Of a DNA stretch of 64,000 nt, positions 48,549 through 57,912 are shown piece by piece. The notes beneath the pieces were generated by a model, which saw nothing but the letters and a program-made list of their open reading frames with translations, was not told the origin of the DNA and did no database searches. The stretch comes from Alphaproteobacteria bacterium (GTDB taxonomy: Bacteria; Pseudomonadota; Alphaproteobacteria; SP197): the NCBI GenBank assembly GCA_964291415.2, contig OZ219918.1, positions 256,001 through 320,000 of the forward strand. Reading direction: 5' to 3'. Position 1 is the first letter of the stretch; every line of letters begins with the position of its first letter. Made by a program: the position numbers and the translations under genes.

Positions 48549-49375
48549 CGCCGCGCGGGTGCGAGCCCTCCTGAGGTTGCCCCCTCCGTCTCGTTTTCGG
48601 ACTCTCGATACCTTCAATTTTGAAGGATTTTTCCGGACCTCGGGTTCCCCTACAAACTTCATCGATTTGGGGGAATTCGGCGCTGCGAGCTGCAGTTGCG
48701 TGGCCGTGGCGTTGTAGTTGGCCCCTTGTTGGTGGTCAGCGTGGGGAGGCGCGACATGGCGAAAAGTGGGAACGACTGGACTCCGATCGGAGTTCCGACC
48801 GACCGCATCGGCGTGGTGCAACTCGACCGCGCCGGGCGCGTGCTGGAGGCCAACGCACCGGCGCTCGAGATCCTGCGCCGCGGCGACGGGCTGCGCGACC
48901 GCGACGGCGTCCTGGACGCGTGGCTGCCGGCGGACCGCAGCCGCCTGCGGCGGTTGCTGGCGCGCGCGCTGCCAGACGTGTGTGGGGAGGCCCCGACCGG
49001 CGGTTCGATGTCGGTCCAGCGTTCCTCGGGCCGGTCGCGTCTGGGTGTGCACGTCAGCCCGGTAGGCGACGGTGAGAGGGACTTTGGCGGACAGCGGGTG
49101 GCGGTACTGGTGCTGGTGGTCGACCCGGCGAGCGGTTCGCGCATCGACCCGGCGCGGGTGGCGACGCTGCTCGGTCTGACGCCGTCGGAGAGCCGGGTGT
49201 CGGCGCTGCTGGCCGAGGGCCTGTCGGTGCGCAAGATCGCCGCCGCCACGGACTTGCGGGAGAGCTACGTGCGCTGGTTGTTCCAGCAGGTCTACAAGAA
49301 GCTGGGCGTGTCGGGACAGGTAGCCCTGGTGCGGCAGGTCCTGGCCGCGGACGCCCTGCCCTGGCGCTGACGCCG
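47979..49375 (+). repeat. tandem ~575-bp duplication (47979-48553 and 48801-49375)
   Basis: near-identical nucleotide sequence covering the regulator 3' half and stop codon. Confidence 0.9.
48756..49370 (+). CDS. truncated paralog of the LuxR-type regulator (C-terminal half)
   Basis: open frame with a new short N-terminus MAKSGND, then near-identical to the upstream regulator's C-terminal half. Confidence 0.6.
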   Translation: MAKSGNDWTPIGVPTDRIGVVQLDRAGRVLEANAPALEILRRGDGLRDRDGVLDAWLPADRSRLRRLLARALPDVCGEAPTGGSMSVQRSSGRSRLGVHVSPVGDGERDFGGQRVAVLVLVVDPASGSRIDPARVATLLGLTPSESRVSALLAEGLSVRKIAAATDLRESYVRWLFQQVYKKLGVSGQVALVRQVLAADALPWR

Positions 49376-49406
49376 CACGGGCCCGAACGCCCTCCCGCCT
49401 CGTTCT

Positions 49407-49770
49407 CTAGAGCAGCCACGACACGCTTGCGCCATGCCGGATGGGCATCGCCTCCCGGGCGAGCAGCAGTCGGGCGCCGGTCCAGGCGGCCTGAGCGCCC
49501 CGGGTGAGGATGGCCGCAAGGCCGCGTCCGTCCGCAATGCCGCCCGCTGCCACGACCGGCGTGGCGGGTGCCTCATCGACCACCGCAGGCACCCTGACCA
49601 TGGTATCCTCGGTTCCCCAGACATGGCCACCGGCCTCGATGCCGTGAGCGACAACGATGCCCACCCCCTGATCGACCACGCATCGGGCCTCTTCGAGCGA
49701 GCCCTCGCGCATCTCAGCCGAAGTTCAGCTGCTCCGGCGGCATGCATGCACCACGCCCGGGCGTGAGCAC
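49407..49770 (-). pseudogene. degenerate partial copy of the nitronate monooxygenase gene
   Basis: EEARCVVDQGV..AHGIEAGGHVWGT..PVVAAGGIADGRGLAA matches ~53280-53620; frameshifted and truncated. Confidence 0.85.
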
Positions 49771-49771
49771 G

Positions 49772-51961
49772 TCACGAGTGTCCGTGCCCTCGGGATTCGA
49801 AGGTGAGGAGATATCGATAGAGCTTCACGATCAGCTGCTCTTCATGCTCTTCCAGCCACAGCCGGGTGGCAGGGGTCAGCATCATCGTTCGGCAGGGCTG
49901 ATCTGCAATCATGGAGGTCTCGGCCGCATGCGCGCCGAAGGCGCCTCTCGGCTCGACCGCATCGCCTGGCCCGCATTGAAACAGCCGCGCGCCTGTGGAA
50001 TCGAAAGCGGAGGCCTGGCCCTTGAGCAGCAGCTGCATGCCCTTCTGCGGCTCGCCAAGCGATACGAGGGCCTCGCCGGCGTCGTACTCGCGAGGTTCCA
50101 GCCAGTCGCGGAGTTCATCGACCATATCTTCGAACACGACCTGTCTGTCGAGATGGCTCTCCATGTCGCCGACAACCCGTTCCAGCAAGGCGTCGCCCAG
50201 GTTCCCGCCTGAGGCGGGGTCCGACGCCCAGGTGGCAAGGACGATATCCTCGCAGCGCTCCAGGGCACGGTCCGCGTCCGGCTCGAACAGCAGGTTTTCG
50301 AGAACGGCGGCGGGAAGATTGCGCTCGAGTCCGTTCTCGAGTTTCTCCGACGCTGCGCTCAGCACCACCCGCGTTCCGACGGCCTGCGCGACATGCATGA
50401 ACCTGCACAGCCCGTTGATGGCCGAGAAATCGAATCCGGACACGGCGCCAAAATCCAGCAGGATGCAGGCCGGCCCGGGGGTGTTGTCCAGAGACTGCTT
50501 GAGGCGGTCCAGCAGGGGGCCGACGCTGCCGAAGAAGATGTATCCACGCAGTTGGTACGCCTGTATCCGTTCTCCCTGCAGCCGCAGTATGGCTCGATCG
50601 GGAATGGAGCGGTTCGCGTTGCTGTGACGATCACGGGCGTTGTAACTGGCTTCAATCACGTCCACGCGGCTGAGGCTGACGGCGAAGAACACCATGGTGA
50701 TCAGCATTCCGACGCCCACCCCCTCGAGGAATCCCAGGGATACGATGGTGGCGGCGATCAGCAGGAGAATTGCGTACTCTGTCCAAGGCAACTGCCTGCG
50801 GGCCTTCACGATCCACTCGTCCAGCAGACCAAGGCCGAGGAAAAGCAGCATTCCTGCGATGAGCGGTACGGGGACCAGGTTCAGGAGTGAATCGCCCAAA
50901 AGCACGACAGAGCCGAACAGCAGGGCGGTCACGACACCGGTCAGCCGGGATTCCGCCCCGAACCTGTCGCTCAGAATCGTAAAGGTGAAGACCAGGCTTC
51001 CACCTGCACCGGCGCCCAGACCGGCGATCACACCGGCGCCGCCGGCCGCCTTGAACTCCCTGTTCCACTCAAGTTCGCGGTTCGTGGCAAGTTCAAGGGC
51101 GCTCAGGTGCATGGCCACGGTGATCAGAGTCACCACGATCAGGGTCAGAATGTTGGGAATCTGAGCGGCGACCGCGGCCCAATCCACATGCGTCGCATCG
51201 CCGGACTCGAAGGGATGCCACAGGCCTCCTTCAGCCGTGCCGGCGAACAGCAGACCCGCCTCCCGGGCCTCGTCTCCGGAGATCCCGAAGCCGACCAGGA
51301 CCAGATGATAGAGCATGGCAGCGAGCAGGAAACTCGCCGGCAGAATGTAGTGATTGCTCCAGCGTTTGGTGGCAAGGACGAGGCCGAGACCGTAGGCCAC
51401 GCCGGGGGCCCATTTCCACAGCGCACCGGGCTCCATGAGAACGGGAAGGATGTGCCTCTCTGGCGTCACTCCCATCAGCGACAGGGCGGCCACGCACAGC
51501 AGTACCCCCGTCCCGGCAATGAACCCGCCCGCCACGGAATAGGGGATGAAGCGGATCAGGTTGGCGAGCCGAAAATGCCCGACCATAAGAAAGCAGATCC
51601 CCGTCGCCATGGCTCCGATGATCACGACCGTGGCCGTGGTCACGAAGCGCGCGAGCGTATCGCCCTCCACATCGATCGTTGACGCGATCACGACCAACAC
51701 CATCGAGGACGGCACCGCGGTCATCGAGAGCGCGCCACGGTAGCCGCTGGTCAGGGCGATCCACAGGCAGACGAGGAATCCGCCGAACAGCACCATGATC
51801 GTGCCCTGGGACAGAAACGGCGCCAATGGACCCGAGAACACGAGGGCTCCCACGGAAATCAGGTATGCCGAGCCGATCACGCCCACGACCAGGCCGACCG
51901 ACAGCGCAGGGAAGAGGTTGCCCGAGAGCACGTCGGCGCGGAGTTCGGATATGAGGTTCAT
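49772..51961 (-). CDS. SulP-family anion transporter with STAS and cNMP-binding domains
   Basis: multi-TM N-terminus, GFLEGVGVG, STAS LRGYIFFGS..LDFGAVSGFDFSA, C-terminal cNMP-like domain. Confidence 0.87.
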   Translation of the reverse strand: MNLISELRADVLSGNLFPALSVGLVVGVIGSAYLISVGALVFSGPLAPFLSQGTIMVLFGGFLVCLWIALTSGYRGALSMTAVPSSMVLVVIASTIDVEGDTLARFVTTATVVIIGAMATGICFLMVGHFRLANLIRFIPYSVAGGFIAGTGVLLCVAALSLMGVTPERHILPVLMEPGALWKWAPGVAYGLGLVLATKRWSNHYILPASFLLAAMLYHLVLVGFGISGDEAREAGLLFAGTAEGGLWHPFESGDATHVDWAAVAAQIPNILTLIVVTLITVAMHLSALELATNRELEWNREFKAAGGAGVIAGLGAGAGGSLVFTFTILSDRFGAESRLTGVVTALLFGSVVLLGDSLLNLVPVPLIAGMLLFLGLGLLDEWIVKARRQLPWTEYAILLLIAATIVSLGFLEGVGVGMLITMVFFAVSLSRVDVIEASYNARDRHSNANRSIPDRAILRLQGERIQAYQLRGYIFFGSVGPLLDRLKQSLDNTPGPACILLDFGAVSGFDFSAINGLCRFMHVAQAVGTRVVLSAASEKLENGLERNLPAAVLENLLFEPDADRALERCEDIVLATWASDPASGGNLGDALLERVVGDMESHLDRQVVFEDMVDELRDWLEPREYDAGEALVSLGEPQKGMQLLLKGQASAFDSTGARLFQCGPGDAVEPRGAFGAHAAETSMIADQPCRTMMLTPATRLWLEEHEEQLIVKLYRYLLTFESRGHGHS

Positions 51962-52929
51962 GGGTGATTGATCGCTACGGACTTGACGGCGGACTCGTGC
52001 GTGTTTGACCGCCGGGGAAGTGTCGTCTTTGCTCTCTCCTGCAAGCGAATAGGGGCGTGTGCTATCGGTTTCGGCAGCAGGCCATTGGCCAGTCGGGTGC
52101 GAGCCTAAGTGAGCCATTCCGCCCATTCAACACACGGATGACCGCGGTTTCCGGCCATTCGCTGCGGCACGGCCGCCGCGCGTTTCGAGGGTCCATCAGG
52201 CACTCCGGCGCCGGGCCAGCCACCAGCCGGAGGCGGTAGCCTGTTGCGCTTGCGCCGGGATCGGCCTGCAGTCTTGACGCACCAAGCGTTGTGAACGATG
52301 CAATCGATGAGCTCTTCGAAGATGTCGGCTCCGCAATCACTTTCGGCCAGCTTTCCGCAGGGATCTGGCTGGCGATCAGGAGGGATGACCGCACTTTGCA
52401 TTGCTCGACGGTCATGAGCAGGTCGCGGCGGCCCTCGGCAGAGAAGTTCTGCAGTTGCCGTCGTCGAGCAGCAGCTGGGAGATCCTGGCGAGGCGTCACA
52501 TGGGCATCCACGTTTCTGTTGAAGGTCTTGTGAGTATCCGGCGCTCAGGCACGCCAGCGAACACCTCATCGGCCCGGTGGTGTTCCATCGTTCGGTGCCG
52601 TTCGCTCTGGTCGGGCTCTTCCTCGGGACAGATCATGTTCGAGTGGGGCAACAGAGATCCTCGGACTGGACCCAGGAGGCTGTAGAAGAAGGGATCGGCG
52701 TCGTCGCTCCCCATGCAAAGGACGCATCCGACACTGTGGGGCAGGTGTTGGACGCCACCAAGAGAACCGCACAGGACGGTTTGAGGAACCTCAAGTGGGA
52801 CTGGTGACGGAGGTGAAGGGGCCGCGCGCGCTACCCCACGTGCGTCGCCTTGCAATCTGTCCGGGGGAAGTACGGACGAGCATATCGACGATGAGGCCGG
52901 TCAGAGGCCAGGTCGCCTGATGCCGGCCT

Positions 52930-53931
52930 TCAGCCTGCCCCGAGGCGCCCAAGGATCGATTCGGCCTCCTCCACCATGTTGGCCATGATCGCCGCTGCCG
53001 TCTCTTCGCCGCGTACCAGGCCGGCACTCTGCCCGGCGTAGAGTGCCATGGAGGTCACCGCACCGGTCGTGTCTGCGGTCGGGTTTTCGATGCTGTAACG
53101 CTCGATCGCCGTGCCCAGGCCATCGTGACCGATGATCTCGCCTTCGTTGGGCCGCTTGCCGGGGGGTGATTCGCCGGCTGCCTGCCAGGCTTCCAGCGTA
53201 TCGTTGAGAAGGCAGCGATGGGGCGCATCGGGCCAGCCGCCGTCGAAGACCTCGGAGAGCACGGTATCGGTCTCGTGCGCAGCCACGACACGCTGGCGCC
53301 ATGCCGGATGGGCATCGCACTCCCGGGCGAGCAGCAGACGGGTGCCGATCCAGGCGGCCTGGGCGCCCAGGGTGAGGATGGCCGCCAGGCCGCGTCCGTC
53401 CGCAATGCCGCCCGCCGCCACGACCGGCGTGGCGGGCACCGCATCGACCACCGCAGGCACCAGGACCATGGAGGCCACGGTTCCCCAGACATGGCCGCCG
53501 GCTTCGATGCCCTGAGCGACAACGACGTCAACCCCCTGGTCGACCACGCGCCGGGCCTCTTCGGCCGAACCAACCGTGTGCATCGCGAGCGCGCCCGCAT
53601 CGTGGATACGCGGGATCAGCGGACCCGGGTCGCCGTAGAACGTCGAGACAACCGGGACGCCTTCCTCAAGCGCGAGGTCGAGATTGGCCTGCTGCACCTC
53701 TTCCATCAGCGGGATCACGATGTTGGCGGCAAAGGGCATCGCCGTTCGTGCCCGCATGGTCGCGAGTGTCTTGCGCAGCGCGTCGGTCTCGGTCCAGGTG
53801 ATGGGCAGGATGCCGAGCCCGCCCGCCTGCGACACGGCGACGGCGAGGTCGGTCGACGAGGCGACAGGCGCCTGCAGGATCGGTGCCGTGATGCCCAGCA
53901 TGTGGCAGAGCGAAGTCGTCAGTTTCGGCAT
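52930..53931 (-). CDS. nitronate monooxygenase / 2-nitropropane dioxygenase family flavoprotein
   Basis: PILQAP, AGGLG, QGIEAGGH, PVVAAGGIADGRG, GTR, AGQSAG. Confidence 0.92.
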   Translation of the reverse strand: MPKLTTSLCHMLGITAPILQAPVASSTDLAVAVSQAGGLGILPITWTETDALRKTLATMRARTAMPFAANIVIPLMEEVQQANLDLALEEGVPVVSTFYGDPGPLIPRIHDAGALAMHTVGSAEEARRVVDQGVDVVVAQGIEAGGHVWGTVASMVLVPAVVDAVPATPVVAAGGIADGRGLAAILTLGAQAAWIGTRLLLARECDAHPAWRQRVVAAHETDTVLSEVFDGGWPDAPHRCLLNDTLEAWQAAGESPPGKRPNEGEIIGHDGLGTAIERYSIENPTADTTGAVTSMALYAGQSAGLVRGEETAAAIMANMVEEAESILGRLGAG

Positions 53932-54225
53932 TCTTGCCTCCGGAGTCTGATGGCCGTTGCGCTGCTTGATTCACCGATTGGACTGGCAGGTTCCCGCCGC
54001 CTTGCTCACGGTACCGGCGTCGAGAGCCGGTGGCGACTCCCTCCGATCAGGCAGGCGAGGACTGCGGTGCGCCATCACCTCGAGCCATGTCATGCAGCGC
54101 GACAGGGCCTTGGACGTGGTCGGCACGGTGCTCACCTGCTGTGTCCACGAGCCGGCGTGCGTTACATTGCGAACGACATGGCTGTCCATCGCTCATGTCG
54201 CAGATGATCCTCGTGACGGGATTCG

Positions 54226-55653
54226 ATGATGATTGAAGACTACGCCGACCTTGATGCCACGGAGCTCGCCGGTCGCATTGCGCTTGGAGAACTCACCGCA
54301 TCAGAAGTGCTCGAAGAGGCGATTGCCCGCGCCGAGCGCGTCAACCCGAAACTGAATGCGCTCGTTTATCCCTGGTTCGACCACGCCCGGGACCGCGTCC
54401 GGGAAGGTCTGCCCGCCGGTCCTCTGCACGGCGTCCCCTTCCTGTTGAAGGACCTCTACGAGGACTACGCCGGCCAGCCGCACAGCAACGGCTGTCGTGC
54501 GCTTGACGGCACGATCGCGGACCACGATGCCGAACTGGTGCGCCGCTACAAGGCGGCAGGCCTGAGCATCTTCGGGAGAACGACATCGCCGGAGTTCGGG
54601 CTTTCGACGACGACCGAATCCGCGCTTCACGGCGTCACCCGCAATCCCTGGCATCCGGACGTCACGGCAGGCGGATCGTCAGGCGGTGCGGCAGCTCTGG
54701 TCGCGGCCGGCGTGATTCCGATGGCGAACGCGTCCGATGGCGGCGGCTCGATCCGCATCCCGGCATCATGCTGCGGATTGTTCGGCCTCAAGCCGACTCG
54801 CGCCCGCAACCCCATCGGTCCCGATGTCGGGGAAGGCTGGTCCGGCCTTGCTGTCGCGCACGCGGTGTCGAGGACGGTGCGCGACAGCGCGCTCCTGCTC
54901 GATTGCACGGCAGGCCCCGACCTCGGGGCGCCGTACTGGGCGCAAGGGCCGGAACGGCCGTTCGTCGAGGAGGTCGGCGGCGACGTCGCCGGCATGAAGG
55001 TCGCCGTCATCCGCGAGCCGTGGTTCGATGCGGAAACCGATTCCGATTGCCTGGCGGCCGTCGACGCGGCGGTCGCGCATTGCCGTGATCTTGGCCTTGC
55101 GGTCGAGGATGCCGCCCTTCCCATTCCCCGATGGATGCTCGAAGCGGACCTGCAGATCATCTACAGCAACGCCCGCCAGACTGTAGAGTTGCTGGACTCC
55201 TTCCTTGAGCGCCCCATGACCGAGGATGACGTGGAGCCGAACAATCTCCGCATGGCCCGCAACGACCGCGGCACCGGCGCCGACTACGTCACCGCCCTCA
55301 ACGGCATTCACGCCCTGGGCCGCCTCGTGGCGCGTTTCTTCGTCGATTTCGATCTTCTGCTCACGCCCACCATGCCGATGGCGCCCATGCCGCTCGGTCT
55401 GCTCTCTCCGTCGCGTGAGGACGGCGAAGCGCAATGGCGCGATGTCATTCGCACGATCGCGTTCACGGCTCCGTTCAATGCGTCGGGGAACCCGGCGGCA
55501 TCCGTCCCGCTGCACGGGAACCGGGACGGCGTTCCGATCGGCGTGCAGTTCGTCGCGCCCTATGGCGATGAAGCGGCGTTGTTGCGAATCGGCTCGGCTC
55601 TGGAGCGGATTGCACCGTGGGCTCATCGTCGGCCGGGCATACACTCAGGCTGA
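54226..55653 (+). CDS. amidase signature family protein
   Basis: GVPFLLKDL, GGSSGG, ASDGGGSIRIPASCCGLFGLKP. Confidence 0.94.
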   Translation: MMIEDYADLDATELAGRIALGELTASEVLEEAIARAERVNPKLNALVYPWFDHARDRVREGLPAGPLHGVPFLLKDLYEDYAGQPHSNGCRALDGTIADHDAELVRRYKAAGLSIFGRTTSPEFGLSTTTESALHGVTRNPWHPDVTAGGSSGGAAALVAAGVIPMANASDGGGSIRIPASCCGLFGLKPTRARNPIGPDVGEGWSGLAVAHAVSRTVRDSALLLDCTAGPDLGAPYWAQGPERPFVEEVGGDVAGMKVAVIREPWFDAETDSDCLAAVDAAVAHCRDLGLAVEDAALPIPRWMLEADLQIIYSNARQTVELLDSFLERPMTEDDVEPNNLRMARNDRGTGADYVTALNGIHALGRLVARFFVDFDLLLTPTMPMAPMPLGLLSPSREDGEAQWRDVIRTIAFTAPFNASGNPAASVPLHGNRDGVPIGVQFVAPYGDEAALLRIGSALERIAPWAHRRPGIHSG

Positions 55654-55798
55654 ACCCTGCAGACTTCGTGATCGCATCAGCCTTCGTTCGCCTGGTCTGA
55701 GCGGAAGGCGGCGAACGGTGCGCTGCGCTGCATGCCGGGAGATTGCCGCGGACCGGCCTGCCTGCCGGCGTGGCCTCGGGGACTCGCTGTGGATCCTC

Positions 55799-57274
55799 TC
55801 AGCGTGTGCGGGCAATGGCCAGCCAGCGATCGATGTCGGTCGAGGACTCGATGGCGTCGGCCACGGCGTTGATGGCATTGTCGACTTCCTCTTCGAAGAC
55901 CACGCTGTTCGCCGGACGATTGCCGAGACGTTCGAGGAAGCGGCGGCGGAAGGAATCCGAGCGGAAGAGTCCGTGCATGTAGCAACCCATGATGCGGCCC
56001 GAGCATGAGACGGCGCCGTCGGGACCCGTCTCCAGTTCCACCATGGGGCGCTCCAGGTCCGGGCCTGTTGTCACGCCCATGTGCATCTCGTAGCCGGCAA
56101 TCGGTTCTCCCGTCATGGCGTCGCGGCCACGGACTTCGGCCAGCTGCTTGGTGTCGGCCAGGGTTGTCGTGATGTCGAGCAGGCCGAGCCCGCGTTCCGA
56201 TCCCGGTTGTCCCTCGATGCCCGAGGGGTCGGCGACCTCGCGTCCCAGCATCTGGTAGCCCCCGCACAGTCCGACGATCCAGCCGCCTCGCCGGACATGG
56301 GCGGCAAGATCGATGTCCCAGCCGTTGGCCTTTAGCGAGACAAGGTCGGCCAGCGTGCTCTTGGAGCCCGGCAGGATGACGAGATCGCAGTTCCCGGGAA
56401 GCGGCTCGCCCGGTCCGATCATGCTGACGTCGACATCCGGCTCGGACTTCAGGGGATCGAGGTCGTCGAAATTGGCGATACGGTCGAAGCGCAGGCAGGC
56501 AATGCGGATGTCCGCCGTGCCCTGTACATGTCGCGGATGCGGATGGTCGAGGGCAACCGCGTCCTCGGCCGGCAGTTGCCGTGCCGCTGCAATGTGGGGA
56601 ATGACCCCGAGACAGTCGAGGCCGGAACGTTGCCTGATGATGTCGATTGCGGGATTGAAGAGCGAGACATCTCCGCGGAACCGGTTGATGCAGCAGGCGA
56701 GCACGAGGCGCCGTTCGTCATCGTCGAGGAGCGCCATGGTGCCGACCATGCTGGCGATGACGCCGCCGCGGTCGACGTCTCCGACAAGCACGACGGGTAC
56801 CCCGGCCTCGAGGGCAAAGCCCATGTTGGCAATGTCGCCCTTTCGCAGGTTGACCTCCGCCGGCGACCCCGCTCCCTCGACGAGGACGAGATCGGCCGCG
56901 GCTTCCAGGTGCCGGAAACTCTCCATGACCGGTTCCATGAGTGTGCCCGCAAGACCGCGATAGTCCCGCCCGGAGCTCGATCCGAGAACGCGCCCCTGGA
57001 CAATGATCTGGGATGTGCGGTCGGACTGGGGCTTGAGGAGCACGGGATTCATGTGAACGCTGGCCGGGTGGCCACAGGCCCTCGCCTGAAGCATCTGGGC
57101 GCGGCCGATCTCGCCGCCATCGGCGGCCACGCCGGCATTGTTCGACATGTTCTGGGGCTTGAAGGGCAGGGTCTTCAGGCCGCGCCGGGTGAAGCTGCGG
57201 GCGAGACCGGTGACGATCAGGGACTTGCCGACATCCGAACCGGTCCCCTGGACCATCACCGCTGGTGTCGCCAC
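55799..57274 (-). CDS. cobQ: cobyric acid synthase
   Basis: QGTGSDVGKS, FKPQNMSNN, EGAGSPAEVN, IANFDD, GLCGGYQMLG, YMHGLF. Confidence 0.96.
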   Translation of the reverse strand: MATPAVMVQGTGSDVGKSLIVTGLARSFTRRGLKTLPFKPQNMSNNAGVAADGGEIGRAQMLQARACGHPASVHMNPVLLKPQSDRTSQIIVQGRVLGSSSGRDYRGLAGTLMEPVMESFRHLEAAADLVLVEGAGSPAEVNLRKGDIANMGFALEAGVPVVLVGDVDRGGVIASMVGTMALLDDDERRLVLACCINRFRGDVSLFNPAIDIIRQRSGLDCLGVIPHIAAARQLPAEDAVALDHPHPRHVQGTADIRIACLRFDRIANFDDLDPLKSEPDVDVSMIGPGEPLPGNCDLVILPGSKSTLADLVSLKANGWDIDLAAHVRRGGWIVGLCGGYQMLGREVADPSGIEGQPGSERGLGLLDITTTLADTKQLAEVRGRDAMTGEPIAGYEMHMGVTTGPDLERPMVELETGPDGAVSCSGRIMGCYMHGLFRSDSFRRRFLERLGNRPANSVVFEEEVDNAINAVADAIESSTDIDRWLAIARTR

Positions 57275-57294
57275 GACGGGATGTTCCCCTTGTC

Positions 57295-57912
57295 CTAGAA
57301 CTCGATGCCGGGCTGGCTGCGCACGCCCTCGCGGAAGGGATGCTTGACGAGAGTCATCTCGGTGACGAGATCGGCAATCTCGATGAGCGCATCCGGGGCG
57401 TTGCGCCCGGTGACCACGACATGGAGGTCATCGCGGCGGGCGTTGAGCGCGTCGAGCACATCGTCGGCATCGACATAGCCGTAGCGCAGGGCAATGTTGA
57501 GTTCGTCGAGGATGACGAGGCGGATGTCCGGATCGGCCATGAGCTCGCAGGAGGCCTGCCAGGCGGCCTTGGCCATCTCGGTGTCGCGCTCGCGGTCCTG
57601 GGTCTCCCAGGTAAACCCCTCGCCCATGACCTTCCATGTGACCTGTTCGGGAAACCGGCGGAACACCTTCAGCTCACCGATCGTGTCGCGCCCCTTGATG
57701 AACTGCACGACGCCGATGCGATAGCCGTGACCCAGACAGCGCAGGGCCATGCCCCACGCCGCCGTCGATTTTCCCTTTCCCTTGCCTGTGTGGACGATGA
57801 GAAGTCCGCGCTCCTCGGTCTTGGTCGCCATCATGCGATCACGGGCGGCCTTGCGCTTGATCATCCTTTCCCGGTGACGCTGGTTGATGGAGTCGTCGTC
57901 GGACGTCGTCAT
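57295..57912 (-). CDS. cobO: cob(I)yrinic acid a,c-diamide adenosyltransferase
   Basis: HTGKGKGKSTAA, VVQFIKG, GEGFTW, LDELN, TGRNA, KHPF..G...GIEF. Confidence 0.96.
   Translation of the reverse strand: MTTSDDDSINQRHRERMIKRKAARDRMMATKTEERGLLIVHTGKGKGKSTAAWGMALRCLGHGYRIGVVQFIKGRDTIGELKVFRRFPEQVTWKVMGEGFTWETQDRERDTEMAKAAWQASCELMADPDIRLVILDELNIALRYGYVDADDVLDALNARRDDLHVVVTGRNAPDALIEIADLVTEMTLVKHPFREGVRSQPGIEF

Noticed and set aside
55771-55784. 14-nt match (tggcctcggggact) to the tnpB 3' region
   Set aside because: No extension of similarity; a match this short is expected by chance in 64 kb of GC-rich DNA.
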